A DNA stretch of 64,000 bases from a bacterium (GCA_030691545.1 JAUYEE010000330.1:67553-131552); one strand, 5' to 3'; numbered from the stretch's first letter, positions 18,165 to 29,077 are shown. Notes: generated from the sequence alone by a model not told the origin. A program made the numbers and translations.

Positions 18165-18505
18165 TCTTCCAGAACTCGTCAGCATCGAGAGCACCAGACA
18201 GCCGAGAGGCAAATCGCCTCTTTCGTGCAGGTCCGCCGTAGGGACCGCCTCTATTCCCATCGCCTCGCGCTGATTGCTTAGCTTCCTCACACGCTTGCGT
18301 GGGGCGTAATGCCTCAGTTATGGGAGCTGAAAGGTCTCCCCCGTCACATCTTGCGGTCGCGGCCGGCGTCGTATTGCCGGCACCCCATTGACGCGGAGGC
18401 TCAGAGGGTATGGAGTGCGGCAGCCATGCTGCCGCCTTCGTGCGAGGGAGCGGAGCTCCCGGCTTGCGTGCAGGGACGCTCCGGAAGCTGCGCTTCCTGG
18501 TCGCA

Positions 18506-18535
18506 AAGCGGGAGCTGTCGCTCCCGCACTCCATA
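18506..18535. repeat. REP-like hairpin element S1 (gggagctgtcgctcccgcactcca)
   Basis: Near-identical to 45477-45503. Embedded in a larger set of nested inverted repeats at 18400-18540. Confidence 0.5.
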
Positions 18536-18598
18536 GCGTCCCGCCCTGCGTCTTGGCGCCTTTGCGTGACTCCTTCCTCTCGCTTTCCTCTCCGCGCC

Positions 18599-18619
18599 CT
18601 CTGCGTTCTCTGCGGTGAC
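18599..18619 (+). repeat. CTCTGCG-N2-CTCTGCGGTGA motif, copy T2
   Basis: cctctgcgttctctgcggtga. Confidence 0.5.
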
Positions 18620-18774
18620 TCCCCACCCGAAACTGAGCCATTACCGGAGGGCGCAGGACTTGCTTGACGCGACGACCCGCCCGCGCATATCCTCTTTGAG
18701 AAACGACCATTGCCCACCCGCTTTTGTTCGGGCAACGGCGTGTCGAGTAAGGCAGCGTGCGAAAGGAAATCCTC

Positions 18775-19548
18775 GTGAAATGCCGAATTGCGCTCGTCAT
18801 TGTTGCTTCTGCCATTCAGGTGGCTGCCTTCATGGTGAGTCCTATCTTCGCGGCGACTGGCACCGCGGAATCGCAATCCGCTGAGCCTGCATCGAGGTCT
18901 CAGTCCAGAGCAACCGGCCATCAGGCTCGCGGAAGGCTCGTCGAGGGAATGGCGGCTTACAAGTACCTCTGCTATCTCCCGGCAGGCTATGACACTCAGG
19001 CGAAGTTCTGGCCGACAATCATCTTTCTCCACGGGGCGTGCAACGATGAGGACCTGGAGAAGCTCAAACGATTCGGACCCCTCAAGTTCGCCCTCGAGCA
19101 GAAGGATTTCCCGTTTATCGTGGTCGCCCCAGCGACGGCAAAAGGGTGGGACGTCAGGCTGTTCGATGATTTTCTGAAGAGGATTCAGAGGCAGTTTCGC
19201 GTGGACCGCAATCGCATCTACTTGACCGGGGTGAGCATGGGCGGGCACGCGACGTGGAGATTGGCGATGGTTTATCCGAACCGCTTTGCCGCCATCGCGC
19301 CCGTTTCCGGTGCGGGCAATCCCCGCCAGGCGGCGGAATTGCTGCGTCGCCTTCCCGTCTGGGTGATCCACGGTGAGAACGACACGGTTGTCCCCGTCGA
19401 GCTTGCACGGAGAATGATTCGCGCGTTGGAACAGGTCGGCGGCAACGTCAAATCCACCATCTACCCCGACCGCGGTCACGACGCCTTCATCCCGGCATAC
19501 GACGACCCGGAGCTGTACGAGTGGTTTTTGAAACACAGCAAGCACTAA
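18775..19548 (+). CDS. alpha/beta-hydrolase fold esterase (PHB-depolymerase/carboxylesterase-like), secreted
   Basis: GVSMGGHATW nucleophile elbow, HGENDTVVP, signal peptide. GTG 18775 has an AGGAAA RBS; the alternative ATG 18757 is 6 codons upstream. Confidence 0.8.
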   Translation: MKCRIALVIVASAIQVAAFMVSPIFAATGTAESQSAEPASRSQSRATGHQARGRLVEGMAAYKYLCYLPAGYDTQAKFWPTIIFLHGACNDEDLEKLKRFGPLKFALEQKDFPFIVVAPATAKGWDVRLFDDFLKRIQRQFRVDRNRIYLTGVSMGGHATWRLAMVYPNRFAAIAPVSGAGNPRQAAELLRRLPVWVIHGENDTVVPVELARRMIRALEQVGGNVKSTIYPDRGHDAFIPAYDDPELYEWFLKHSKH

Positions 19549-19933
19549 AAGAGGCAGAGAAAACCCGCGCGGCGGATGGTTTCGCGGTCCGGGGCTGTCG
19601 TTTCATGTAGGCGGCGCTGACAGCGTTGCCTGCCGTTTTGGAGTGCTGGAGCATGGCTCCGGCCTTCAAAAGCTGCCCGCCCGTTCACTGGAGCAGAACG
19701 CCACACAGCCCGAAAGGGGCCCGCCTGCACGCTGTTACCCCCGCAGGGTAAGTGGCCAGCGAAGCATGGCTTCAGCACTCGAGAAGGCGTACCCGTGAAA
19801 CATTCAAACGACGGAAAGAGGACGCCCCCTCAGGCATGGATGATGGGACGGACAAGGCTCGTGTGAACGGTTCTCAAGACTTGGACTGTTCTGGGTGATT
19901 TTGATTGGGCTTCAGACCCACAAGCTATGCTGG

Positions 19934-22021
19934 TCAGTGGCCAGTCTCGGTCTTCCGAATGCGAGCGCGAATGGCGCTGGGTTGCCGACCGAGGAGAGAC
20001 GCGATTTCACTGATTTTCCTGCCCTGGGCAACATACTCCCTCAACCTCTTCTCCTCCTCTTGGCTCCAGGCCTCGTAAGCATGTGGATGTGTGGAGCGGA
20101 TCTCAGACATCCGCTCGTGATGGGGAACATTGCCGCAAGTTGGATTCTGAGTGGGTCCGGGGGGACGCGACGTTGCGGAGTACGTCCCTGAAATGGGGCT
20201 CGGATCCCTTTCAATTCCCTCTGCAGCACAATATTCCTTGACAACCGCAATGAACTCAGCACCGTACCGTTCGTTCTTCTTCTCTCCGACTCCTCTCACC
20301 TCAAGGAAGGCCTCGGGGGTTTTGGGCCTTCGGCGCGCCATGTCACGCAGCGCAGCATCGTCGAACACGATAAACGCGGGGACGTTCTTTTCCTCGGCGA
20401 GACGCCGTCTCAGCTTTCGCAACGTCTCGAACAACCCCTTGTCTACACCCTCCCACGAGTCGGCGGCAACCTGGGGTGCTCTCGCAGGCACTCTTGACGG
20501 CTTCAGCAGACGGGGAACCTCTTCACCTTTCAGGACACGCCATCCCATTTCTGTTAGATTCAGGATGCTGTACTCGTCGGTCTTTGTGAGGCATCGCTGC
20601 GCCACCAACTGTTCGATCCAGTCCCGTACGACCCGTCTTGTGCAGTCAGACAAAAGGGCGTATGTGCTCAAAGTGTCATGGCCGTTCTGTATGATGCGCT
20701 CCTCGCGGGAACCAATCAGAACCGAGGTCGTGTAGTCCGCACCGAATCGCTGATGGAGCGACACGACGCACGAAAGGATTTTCTGGGCGGTCCCCAGAGA
20801 GTTCTGCACACAGTCCAGCCGCCCGAGGCACACGTCACAAGCGCTGCAATTCTCCTTGCCGAGGTCTTGGCCAAAGTAGCCGACGACCGCCTTGTGCCTG
20901 CAAGTAACACCCCCGCAATAGTCATACATGTCATTCAGCTTCTGCAAAGCGATCGCCTTCGCTTCCGGCTCCATATCCGCCAAGACCCTCCTCCACACTC
21001 TGTAGTCGTTGCCCGAGTACAGCAAGCAGCATTCAGCTTCCAGTCCGTCGCGCCCCGCCCGCCCCGTCTCCTGGTGGTATTGCTCGACCGATTTGGGCAT
21101 GCCGTTATGAACAACGTACCGCACGTTCGATTTATCGATCCCCATGCCGAACGCGATCGTGGCAACAATCGTCGCGACCTTATCTTCGATGAACGCCTCT
21201 TGGTTTCTCCTTCGCTCGTCATCGTCCATCCCGGCGTGGTACGGCGCGACGCTATAGCGCTTATCGGTCAATTGCGCGCACAGCTCGTCAACATCAGCGC
21301 GACGGATGCAATAGATGATGCCCGATTCCCCCTTGTGCTGATCGAGGATTTTGCACACTTGTTCAATCATGTTGGCGCGCCGTTCAACTCGATAAACCAG
21401 GTTGGGGCGATCAAACGAGCCGACTAACACTTCGGGATTCTCGAGACGCAGATACAAAGCAATGTCTCGACGCACGTGTTCGGTGGCACTTGCGGTGTAT
21501 GCGTGGACGGCGATTCCGGGGAAAGCATTCTTTAAAACGCCCAGTTCCCTGTATTCCGGCCGAAAGTCATGCCCCCACACGCTCACGCAGTGCGCCTCGT
21601 CCACGGCAATGAAAGACAATCTCGTTGTTTTGAGAAGCCCGATGAACTTCTGCGTCACGAGCCGCTCGGGCGCAACGTAGAGCAGTTTGAGATCCCCGTG
21701 ATAGATTTGTCGCAAGACAGCGCTTTGCTCGTTGGGAGACATGCTGCTGTCCAAACGTCGTGCAGCGACGCCACATTCCAGCAATGCGTCAACCTGGTCC
21801 TTCATAAGCGAGATGAGCGGCGAGACAACAACGGTCATTCCCGGCATGGCCACCCCTGGAGCCTGGAAACAGAGCGATTTGCCGCCCCCCGTCGGCATGA
21901 CAACAATCGAGTCTCTCCCCTTTGTGACGCACTCTATAGCCTCCTTCTGCAATGGCAAGAAGCTCTCATAGCCCCATTGGGCTTTCAGAACGGCTTTGAT
22001 CTTCTCGAACACGATTGACAT
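19934..22021 (-). CDS. recQ: ATP-dependent DNA helicase RecQ
   Basis: PLQKEAI..VVMPTGGGKSLCFQ (motif I), DEAH box, RecQ-C Zn-binding Cys cluster, HRDC, plus a C-terminal HTH-like tail. Confidence 0.95.
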   Translation of the reverse strand: MSIVFEKIKAVLKAQWGYESFLPLQKEAIECVTKGRDSIVVMPTGGGKSLCFQAPGVAMPGMTVVVSPLISLMKDQVDALLECGVAARRLDSSMSPNEQSAVLRQIYHGDLKLLYVAPERLVTQKFIGLLKTTRLSFIAVDEAHCVSVWGHDFRPEYRELGVLKNAFPGIAVHAYTASATEHVRRDIALYLRLENPEVLVGSFDRPNLVYRVERRANMIEQVCKILDQHKGESGIIYCIRRADVDELCAQLTDKRYSVAPYHAGMDDDERRRNQEAFIEDKVATIVATIAFGMGIDKSNVRYVVHNGMPKSVEQYHQETGRAGRDGLEAECCLLYSGNDYRVWRRVLADMEPEAKAIALQKLNDMYDYCGGVTCRHKAVVGYFGQDLGKENCSACDVCLGRLDCVQNSLGTAQKILSCVVSLHQRFGADYTTSVLIGSREERIIQNGHDTLSTYALLSDCTRRVVRDWIEQLVAQRCLTKTDEYSILNLTEMGWRVLKGEEVPRLLKPSRVPARAPQVAADSWEGVDKGLFETLRKLRRRLAEEKNVPAFIVFDDAALRDMARRRPKTPEAFLEVRGVGEKKNERYGAEFIAVVKEYCAAEGIERDPSPISGTYSATSRPPGPTQNPTCGNVPHHERMSEIRSTHPHAYEAWSQEEEKRLREYVAQGRKISEIASLLGRQPSAIRARIRKTETGH

Positions 22022-22439
22022 CCCTCTTGCCCCTCAACCAAACCCGAGGGCGATTACCTGATGGCCGACGACTTTTGGAACCATGAACTGCACGCGCCGG
22101 TTTGTCCTCCAACCATGCTGTCGCATGATGTGCTGCCCTTGCCCGGAGTAAGAAACGCAGGTCTCTGCTTGGCTGAATGTCAAACTCATTCTGCGTCACC
22201 CTTCCCGCGATTGTCAAGGCGACAGCGGCCGTGGGTGTGGCTTTGAATCGGCTTTCTGGTCGTCAGCGGCAGATGCAGAAGGGGGACCAAGGTTGGCGCA
22301 CAGGTGACAGCCTGTCGTGGCACCAGCGAGCCTGTCCGGACAGGAACGCCCGTGCCGCGGGGTGCCGAGCCGACCTTTCGTTCTCGCGTTTTGGTCATGG
22401 CCCGAGACAGGGCAAACCGATCCTCCCAAGGAAAGACGC

Positions 22440-25400
22440 TCAGTCTCCAGCGGCAGCAAAGATGCGGTAGAAGCGCTGTGTTACGGACGGGTCGCCGGGA
22501 GAAATCCCCGTAGTGGTTCCATCATCCGTCCAGCTCAGGACGTTGCCATTGGCGAGGAGATTCGCAGCGGACAACCATCTCCTGTCGGTGAAGTGGGCAG
22601 CGAACTCCACTTCGTAGCTGTTCCCCTGCTCGACTTCCCACACGACAGTGACTGTCTTGTTCCCTTTGCCGAGCATAAGATCAAGGACTCTCGGTGTGGT
22701 GTTCTGAATCTCCGACACAATGAGCCGATCGAGAGCGAGGTTGCGGTCCTCGGGTGGCTCGTAATAGTCGTTCACGAATGCCAGGGCGACGATGTGCTCG
22801 CCCTTCGTCACTGTCGCAGACAGGAGGAAGCGGCTGGGGGACTGGCTGTCCACGGTCTCCTCATCCTGCTTCACCCCGTCAATTCTCAGTTCCAAAAGCG
22901 GATACACTCCGAGGGCGGGTGTGCCGTAGCCTGTCACCTCGAACGAGTAATCTCCGGAATTAGTGAAAAGAACGGATGCTTCGAGCCGGCCATTGCTTCC
23001 GCAGAAGGCGATTCCGTTGGCGATGCGGAAGTAGCCGAAGCCCTTCGGCTCCATTTCCTCCGCCTCGATTCTCAAGCCGGACGGCGTCCGGATCGTGGCG
23101 CCCAGGTCGGTCAGGAGCGTTGAAATGATTCTCTCCGCCTTGCCGCGGTTTTTCTGCTCGGTTTCCCACGCAATCTCGTCGAGGAGAATGACCCCATCTC
23201 CCCGGTTCACCTGCACGATGGCGCCCGGGCGCGTCAGAAAAGCCTCGTCCTGGGGCGATCGGGCCAAGCCATATCTCACCTGGTCCATGTAAAGGTTCCG
23301 GTCGTCCGGTGGATCCCAGGCGTCGTTGGTGAACACGAGAGCCATCTCGTGTTGTCCCGCCGAAAGGTTTGCGCCAAGCGAGTACAACTGCCAGGTCTCG
23401 CTCTTCACAACAAGCGCGTCCTCGAACTTCCCGTCAATTCGGAGGACCATTCGGGGATATTCGCCATAGGCTTGCGTCCCTCTCGCGATGACGCCGAAGA
23501 GATACGTGCCGCCCTTTGCGACAGTGATGTTCTGCGCCACGTAGCCGTTGACGTACATGTTCCAGCCGCCAGCCACGGGACCGCCGCCCGTTTTCACGGG
23601 CATGTTCTCCACCTCGATGACCTCGTAATGAGTCAAGGTGAATCGCTTGCGGTAAACCCTCTCGGCGATGTCCTCAGAGAGCGTCGCCTCGCGGTCCCAG
23701 CTTCCCGGTTGATCAATCCAGTACAGGTCGTAATTTGTGAGAGAGGAGACGTCCTGCGTCTTCTCCCCTTTGAGAATGGGCACGCTCACGTTGGGTGCAG
23801 CCTCCAGGTCCGGAAACAGCGTCGAAGCCGCTGCCGAAAGGAACGCGTCGGATGGACGATGGAGCAGGAGCTTTCCTCCTTGCTCGACATAGGAAGCGAA
23901 CTTCCCGAGAAATGCCTGCGCCTCATTCCAGGCGCTGTCGCCGCCTGCGATCAGTAGCAGAGGGTAGATTGCCACGTTCTGCGTGGCGAGGCGACCGGAG
24001 AGGTTCTCGTGGAGCAGGCCGAGTTCAGAGAGCGCCTTCGCCGCGTCGGAATCTGGCTCTGCGACAAGCCCCGCATAACGGAGATGATTGCTTTGATGGG
24101 AACAGTAATCGAGAGTTTGTTGGAGCAGGATTCCCGCCATCGGCTCGGAAGAGAACTTCGTCACTATGAGCATCTGGGAACAAAGGAATCCGCCTTTCCC
24201 GCGCGGCACCTCAACCATCGTGGCGTGGTCAAGCCCGTTCTCCGAGCCAACGTCCGCCAACACGCGGAAATTCCCCCGCGAAGGCTTCGGCAGATTCCCT
24301 GCCGTCACCAGGTTGTCGCCGCGCCACCAGCGAAGGTCCTCTGCCGACATTCCTGAAACGATCGAGTGGTCCGCGGCTCGTGGAAACGCGAAGTTTGCCC
24401 GGTAGTCTGTAACCGAAAGCGAAAGGGGCATCCAGCGCGGGTAGGAGGATTGCTCGAGAACGATGATCCATCCGCCGCCTTCCGCAAATGCTTCCCATCT
24501 CGCTCCAATGCTCTCCGCCCCGACCTGAAGCGCCTGCTCTTCACGGAGTGAATTCTTCCCGACAATCAGCACATCGAGCCGGTCGTAGGGCGCCGTCGCG
24601 AGGTCGCTGATTGGCGTGTAGGGAACGCCCTGCTGGGTGAGAAGCGCAGCCGTGCTTCCTTCCGTGTCAAAGACACCGAGCCTTGTGCCCTCAGCAAGTG
24701 TAAGAAGAGGCGCTGCACAAGCGGCATACATCTTCTCATCCGAAAAGACTGTCGTTTCCCCGTCGAGAAGCTCGATGGTCAGTCTGAAATTGCCCGGCGT
24801 CGAGGGCGTCTGAAATGCAATCGTCTCCCGCCTTCTGTCGGCGGGCTCCATCGGGAAGCTTCGCGTGCTTGATTGACCTCCCACACTCCACTGGAGCGTG
24901 TAATTACCGTGCCGCATCGTGTTGTTATAGATGCTGAGCGACCGCTCGACCGTCTCGCCGATGAAGAACCGGCTGTCGTATTCCTTCACGAAGACGGCGT
25001 TCGGGTGATAGGCTTCCTTCTGAACCTGGTAAAGATAATTCTCCTCGGTGTTCAGGTCGAGGGCGCCCCAGCGAGTGGCGATGTCCTCGAACATCGTCCA
25101 GGGGCACATACCGTTCACTCCGTAATCGCGATACGCCTCGATCTGCATTCGCCACGTCCAGCCTTTGGCTTGGTTTCGGTAGTAGGACAGGTCGGCGTAC
25201 GGTTCGTCCCCGTACAGAATCGTGAAGCCGTCAGGCGAGGACGCTGGCACCCAGAGGAACTCCCCGATGTACAGCGGCTTCTGCCGATCCCATTGCCACA
25301 TGCCGCCCGGAGCGAAGCCGATGGGAATTGGCTCGTCCATCCAATAGGCCGTGTTCGGCCAGAGGTGATAATTCGGAAACTCGTGGGGATAATGCAGACC

Positions 25401-26822
25401 GATAACGTCCGCTTCGCCGCCCGGGTCGAGGTCGGCTTCGTAAGTGATCGGCCGAGTTGGGTCAAGCTCTTTCACGAGTCTGCCGAGTTTCGCCAGTTCC
25501 GCCTCCGTTCCCGCGTAAATGTTCCCTGCGCCGCAGTGGAGCAGTTCATTTTCGAGGCTCCACATCACGAGCGACGGATGATTGCGGTCTCTTTTGACTG
25601 CCGCTGTCAGGTGGTCGCCGAAATTCGCCCAGAAGCTCGGGTCCGCCAGGCGGTACGCCGCGGGATCACACCACACCGCCCCTTCATCGACGATGAGGAG
25701 CCCTACCTCGTCCGCGACCTCGTACCACGTCTCGTCCCAGGGCTGCGTGTGCAGCCGGTACGCGACGTTGTTGCCCGCTTTCACATCTTGGAGAACCTTC
25801 CGGATGTCCTCGGCATTCATCAGATTGTTCGGGGGCCAGCAGGACGTCGCCAGAAGATTGATCCTCGTCCCGTTAAGGTAAAAGCTGTCTCCCTCGCGCC
25901 AGAACTCGCGGAAGCCGAATCGTGTAACGACCTCGTCCGCTAAGCCGCTGGGCGGCTCAAGCGTCGTGTCGAGGTGATAGAGGTGAGGGTCTGAGAGAGA
26001 CCACTGGCTAGCGTCCGGCCAACTCGCCTCAACCTCCTTCACTACACTCTCTCCCGGTGCGAGCGTTACCTCCGCCTCCGGAGGCGTGAGCACGATTTGT
26101 TGCCCATCGAGCACCTGGTTTCTGAGAGCGCCGGCTCGTTCAACCGCATCCTCATTCCGCAGGGTGACCCGCACAGTCAGCTTGCCTTCTCTGATGGACG
26201 GGATGACAAACACGTCCTCGATGGAGAAATGGGGCACGCTTCGCAGAGTCACGCCCTGCCAGATTCCATAGAGGTCATACCGGCCGCCGATCGGCGCGAT
26301 GATAACGTCATTTGGGCGGTCTCGCGGGTTTTCCCCCGGCTGGAGGTTCGAGAAATCAACCGGGGAAGTGAACAACGCCGTCCAATCGCTCAGTCCCACT
26401 AGAAGCTCATTCTCTGCTCCGAACTGCACCGCGTTCGTAATGTCCAGCTCAAACGGATTGTATCCGTTGAGATGCCCGCCGGCGAGCTGCCCGTTCACAT
26501 AGACCTTGCTGTCGTATTTCACTCCTCCGAACAACAGCTTGATTCTCATGCCGGACATCGAAGCAGGCAAGGTGAACATCTTCCGAAACCACGCCTTTTT
26601 GTAGTTGTAGCCGCTGAGGTAACCGGGCACCGTCGTCGCCTGCCATGCGCTGGGAGGCGGATAGGCCAGCTCGGCGACCTTCTGATATTGCCAGTCTCCA
26701 TTGAGGTCAACGTCTTCGCGTGCCGGGCTGTCTGTACCGCATAACCAGGCGGCCGCAGCAATTACGAAGATAGCGGTCAGCCGTCGAGGCACCGGACTTT
26801 TTCCACGGGTTGTCATCTTCAT
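22440..26822 (-). CDS. glycoside hydrolase family 2 multi-domain secreted protein (~1460 aa)
   Basis: Signal peptide (MKMTTRGK..), GH2 sugar-binding domain, NHPS(L)VMWSLENE catalytic motif, multiple C-terminal beta-sandwich/CBM-like domains. ATG 26822 chosen because it places the signal peptide at the N-terminus. Confidence 0.9.
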   Translation of the reverse strand: MKMTTRGKSPVPRRLTAIFVIAAAAWLCGTDSPAREDVDLNGDWQYQKVAELAYPPPSAWQATTVPGYLSGYNYKKAWFRKMFTLPASMSGMRIKLLFGGVKYDSKVYVNGQLAGGHLNGYNPFELDITNAVQFGAENELLVGLSDWTALFTSPVDFSNLQPGENPRDRPNDVIIAPIGGRYDLYGIWQGVTLRSVPHFSIEDVFVIPSIREGKLTVRVTLRNEDAVERAGALRNQVLDGQQIVLTPPEAEVTLAPGESVVKEVEASWPDASQWSLSDPHLYHLDTTLEPPSGLADEVVTRFGFREFWREGDSFYLNGTRINLLATSCWPPNNLMNAEDIRKVLQDVKAGNNVAYRLHTQPWDETWYEVADEVGLLIVDEGAVWCDPAAYRLADPSFWANFGDHLTAAVKRDRNHPSLVMWSLENELLHCGAGNIYAGTEAELAKLGRLVKELDPTRPITYEADLDPGGEADVIGLHYPHEFPNYHLWPNTAYWMDEPIPIGFAPGGMWQWDRQKPLYIGEFLWVPASSPDGFTILYGDEPYADLSYYRNQAKGWTWRMQIEAYRDYGVNGMCPWTMFEDIATRWGALDLNTEENYLYQVQKEAYHPNAVFVKEYDSRFFIGETVERSLSIYNNTMRHGNYTLQWSVGGQSSTRSFPMEPADRRRETIAFQTPSTPGNFRLTIELLDGETTVFSDEKMYAACAAPLLTLAEGTRLGVFDTEGSTAALLTQQGVPYTPISDLATAPYDRLDVLIVGKNSLREEQALQVGAESIGARWEAFAEGGGWIIVLEQSSYPRWMPLSLSVTDYRANFAFPRAADHSIVSGMSAEDLRWWRGDNLVTAGNLPKPSRGNFRVLADVGSENGLDHATMVEVPRGKGGFLCSQMLIVTKFSSEPMAGILLQQTLDYCSHQSNHLRYAGLVAEPDSDAAKALSELGLLHENLSGRLATQNVAIYPLLLIAGGDSAWNEAQAFLGKFASYVEQGGKLLLHRPSDAFLSAAASTLFPDLEAAPNVSVPILKGEKTQDVSSLTNYDLYWIDQPGSWDREATLSEDIAERVYRKRFTLTHYEVIEVENMPVKTGGGPVAGGWNMYVNGYVAQNITVAKGGTYLFGVIARGTQAYGEYPRMVLRIDGKFEDALVVKSETWQLYSLGANLSAGQHEMALVFTNDAWDPPDDRNLYMDQVRYGLARSPQDEAFLTRPGAIVQVNRGDGVILLDEIAWETEQKNRGKAERIISTLLTDLGATIRTPSGLRIEAEEMEPKGFGYFRIANGIAFCGSNGRLEASVLFTNSGDYSFEVTGYGTPALGVYPLLELRIDGVKQDEETVDSQSPSRFLLSATVTKGEHIVALAFVNDYYEPPEDRNLALDRLIVSEIQNTTPRVLDLMLGKGNKTVTVVWEVEQGNSYEVEFAAHFTDRRWLSAANLLANGNVLSWTDDGTTTGISPGDPSVTQRFYRIFAAAGD

Positions 26823-26868
26823 CCTCGCTTTCGCGGGTCTGTCGGGTACGACTTGTAGCGCAATTCGC

Positions 26869-28716
26869 TCAATCCCTTTTCTCCCACGCCTTGATATACT
26901 GCGATCGCTCGTCGCGCTTCGATGCCCCGGCTTTGTCCACATCCACCTTCTCGCTCCGGATTCGATTCAGCCCCCAAGCAAGGCAGCCCGCCACGTAAGG
27001 CCGCTTTTCCATTCGGAACATCTCAAGGAGAGCCGGCGCGTCAGCGGCTGTGGCCGTGCGTTTCACGACATCGGCAGCCCGATCGCGAACTTCCCCATCA
27101 CCTGCGCTCAGAGCCGCCATTGCTACTCGGAAAGCCCGCTGCGGAGCACGATGGAACAACGCTCCGAGCAAGCAAACCCGCACCTGCGAATCTTGCCGTG
27201 GGTTTAGAATCTCCGGGACGATGCGGTCTGCCAGTTCCGGCGGCATCGCCTCCTCCAGTGTCCGGGCAACGTGTCGTCTTACGACAAGATCGCTATCTCT
27301 CAGCAAGGGGACCAGCCCGCCTGCGACAACGGGGCTGGCGATGCGTTCGAGGGCGAGGGCCGCGGCGCGCTGGGTCGTTGTGTCGCTGACGGAGAGGTAG
27401 CGAAGCAGAGCGGGAGCCGCCGGACCGTAACTCATTGCCCCGAGGTTCTCGATGGCATCGAGGAGAGCCGCCCCTTTGCTCTCGGGTAATCCATCCAACA
27501 GCCGTTTTGGAATTCTCTCGTCTTTCCATCTGATTGCGTGGTCTATTTCGACAATCCGTGCGTTTTTGCCTTTCTTCTGTCCACCTTTTTCCAGCCCATA
27601 GGAGCGCAACTCAATCCTGTCGTCGCCAACCTCCAGAAAGCTGTAGTGCGGCAGGGACATTCCTCTCGCAATCGTCGCCGTCCACCAATCGGGGTAATTG
27701 CCCCCAACGGCTCCTCCCTGGATGAGATGCACCGTGCCATTCCGGTCGTCTCGCTTTCCGCCGCGAATTGGAAACGACCGCTCATAGATATGCGTGTGCC
27801 CCACAAGCACCATGTCCACGCCGTGCTTGTCGAGAATCGCCTCCACCTTCGGATTGCCGGACGCCTTCCGCTTGTCGGACGGCCCCTCGTACCCGGTGCA
27901 ATAGACCGGATAATGAAACGCCACGAACTTCCACTTTTTCTTTGTCGCCGCAAGGTCAGCATCTAAGAAAGACGCGCACTTCTCGATGTGCGTGTACGAG
28001 ACAATGGCGAAATGCGCGTTACCCCAGTCGAACGAGGAATACGGCTCGCCCCCGGGGAGCTCGTGGTACGTTGAGAACCAGTTGTCCTTCGGATCGTCTC
28101 GCTCATGGTTTCCCCTCGCGGCAAAGATCGGGATGCGCTTCTGAACAGACTCGAATCTACCGAAATGCTGCGGCCACTGCTCGTATTTCCGCCCGTCGGT
28201 GACCAGGTCACCCATGTGCAGGGCAAACTCCGGCTGCCGCGACATCAAATGCTCGGGCAGGGAACTTTTCTGCCAGTACTCGCCCCAGAACCGCGAATCC
28301 CCGATGACGGCGAAGCGGATGGGGCGGTCTTCGGCAGGCGCCGTCGCGAAATCCCCCTCCGCAATGTTATCCGCGCATTTCACCCGATAGCCGTACCGCG
28401 TGTCCGGTTTCAGCTCGCCAATCCGCACCTTGTGAATCTTCGCAGCCGGACTCCCGATTGACCTCATTTCTCCGCCGGCGCTGAGCGCCAGCTCCCAGTA
28501 TTCCACCCTTCCCGCGACAGGCTTCTTCGCCTCCCACATAATTGTGATCGCTGTGGGGGATGCGTTCTGAAGGTACGGGGCGATGTAAAAGGGGTTCTTT
28601 GCCGCGGTTTTGCCGAGGTCTTCGCTCACAACCCCGTGCGGACACGTCGCCGCGAGAACCAGTGCCGCCAATGATAGCGCGATTGTTCTAATCCATTTGC
28701 CTGTCATACAGCGCAT
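26869..28716 (-). CDS. purple-acid-phosphatase-like metallophosphoesterase fused to C-terminal HEAT (PBS-lyase-type) repeats, secreted
   Basis: Signal peptide. FN3-like N-terminal domain (PAP N-terminal). GDSRF..GDLV..GNHE..VGHTH metallophosphatase motifs. C-terminal ~230 aa of repeated (A)LxxLGxxxAxxAL HEAT-like units. Confidence 0.8.
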   Translation of the reverse strand: MRCMTGKWIRTIALSLAALVLAATCPHGVVSEDLGKTAAKNPFYIAPYLQNASPTAITIMWEAKKPVAGRVEYWELALSAGGEMRSIGSPAAKIHKVRIGELKPDTRYGYRVKCADNIAEGDFATAPAEDRPIRFAVIGDSRFWGEYWQKSSLPEHLMSRQPEFALHMGDLVTDGRKYEQWPQHFGRFESVQKRIPIFAARGNHERDDPKDNWFSTYHELPGGEPYSSFDWGNAHFAIVSYTHIEKCASFLDADLAATKKKWKFVAFHYPVYCTGYEGPSDKRKASGNPKVEAILDKHGVDMVLVGHTHIYERSFPIRGGKRDDRNGTVHLIQGGAVGGNYPDWWTATIARGMSLPHYSFLEVGDDRIELRSYGLEKGGQKKGKNARIVEIDHAIRWKDERIPKRLLDGLPESKGAALLDAIENLGAMSYGPAAPALLRYLSVSDTTTQRAAALALERIASPVVAGGLVPLLRDSDLVVRRHVARTLEEAMPPELADRIVPEILNPRQDSQVRVCLLGALFHRAPQRAFRVAMAALSAGDGEVRDRAADVVKRTATAADAPALLEMFRMEKRPYVAGCLAWGLNRIRSEKVDVDKAGASKRDERSQYIKAWEKRD

Positions 28717-29077
28717 CGTACATCTCCACTTCTCGTGTTCCTTGAATGTTTTCGCCATCTTCAACAACAGGATGTCGCCGGCGGTTTCCCGACGCCACGC
28801 AGAAACCTACTTCGTAACATGGGCAATGTCAATTACAAGCTCCTTGCTGACTTTTCAGTGGACGGTGTGATATTCTTCCCGCGTTCTGCACAGAGAATGG
28901 TGAACCGCGAGGGCGTCGCTTCCGGCGACGTTCTCGCCATCTGACAGGAGAAAAAGACAGGCAGCATGCTCAGGCAGGGAGACAGGATTCCATGTATCCT
29001 GATAATCCTGTTATCCTGTCTTCAAAAATGCTTTACCGACGTTGTGGACTGGCGCACTTACCAGGAGGGGACAACGC

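Noticed and set aside
18106-19545. 479-aa ORF antisense to the esterase gene and the repeat-rich region upstream
   Set aside because: Arg/Gly-rich translation. The + strand esterase has a nucleophile elbow and catalytic triad.
24873-25943. 356-aa ORF antisense within the GH2 gene
   Set aside because: GC-rich antisense artefact; the GH2 catalytic motifs are on the minus strand.
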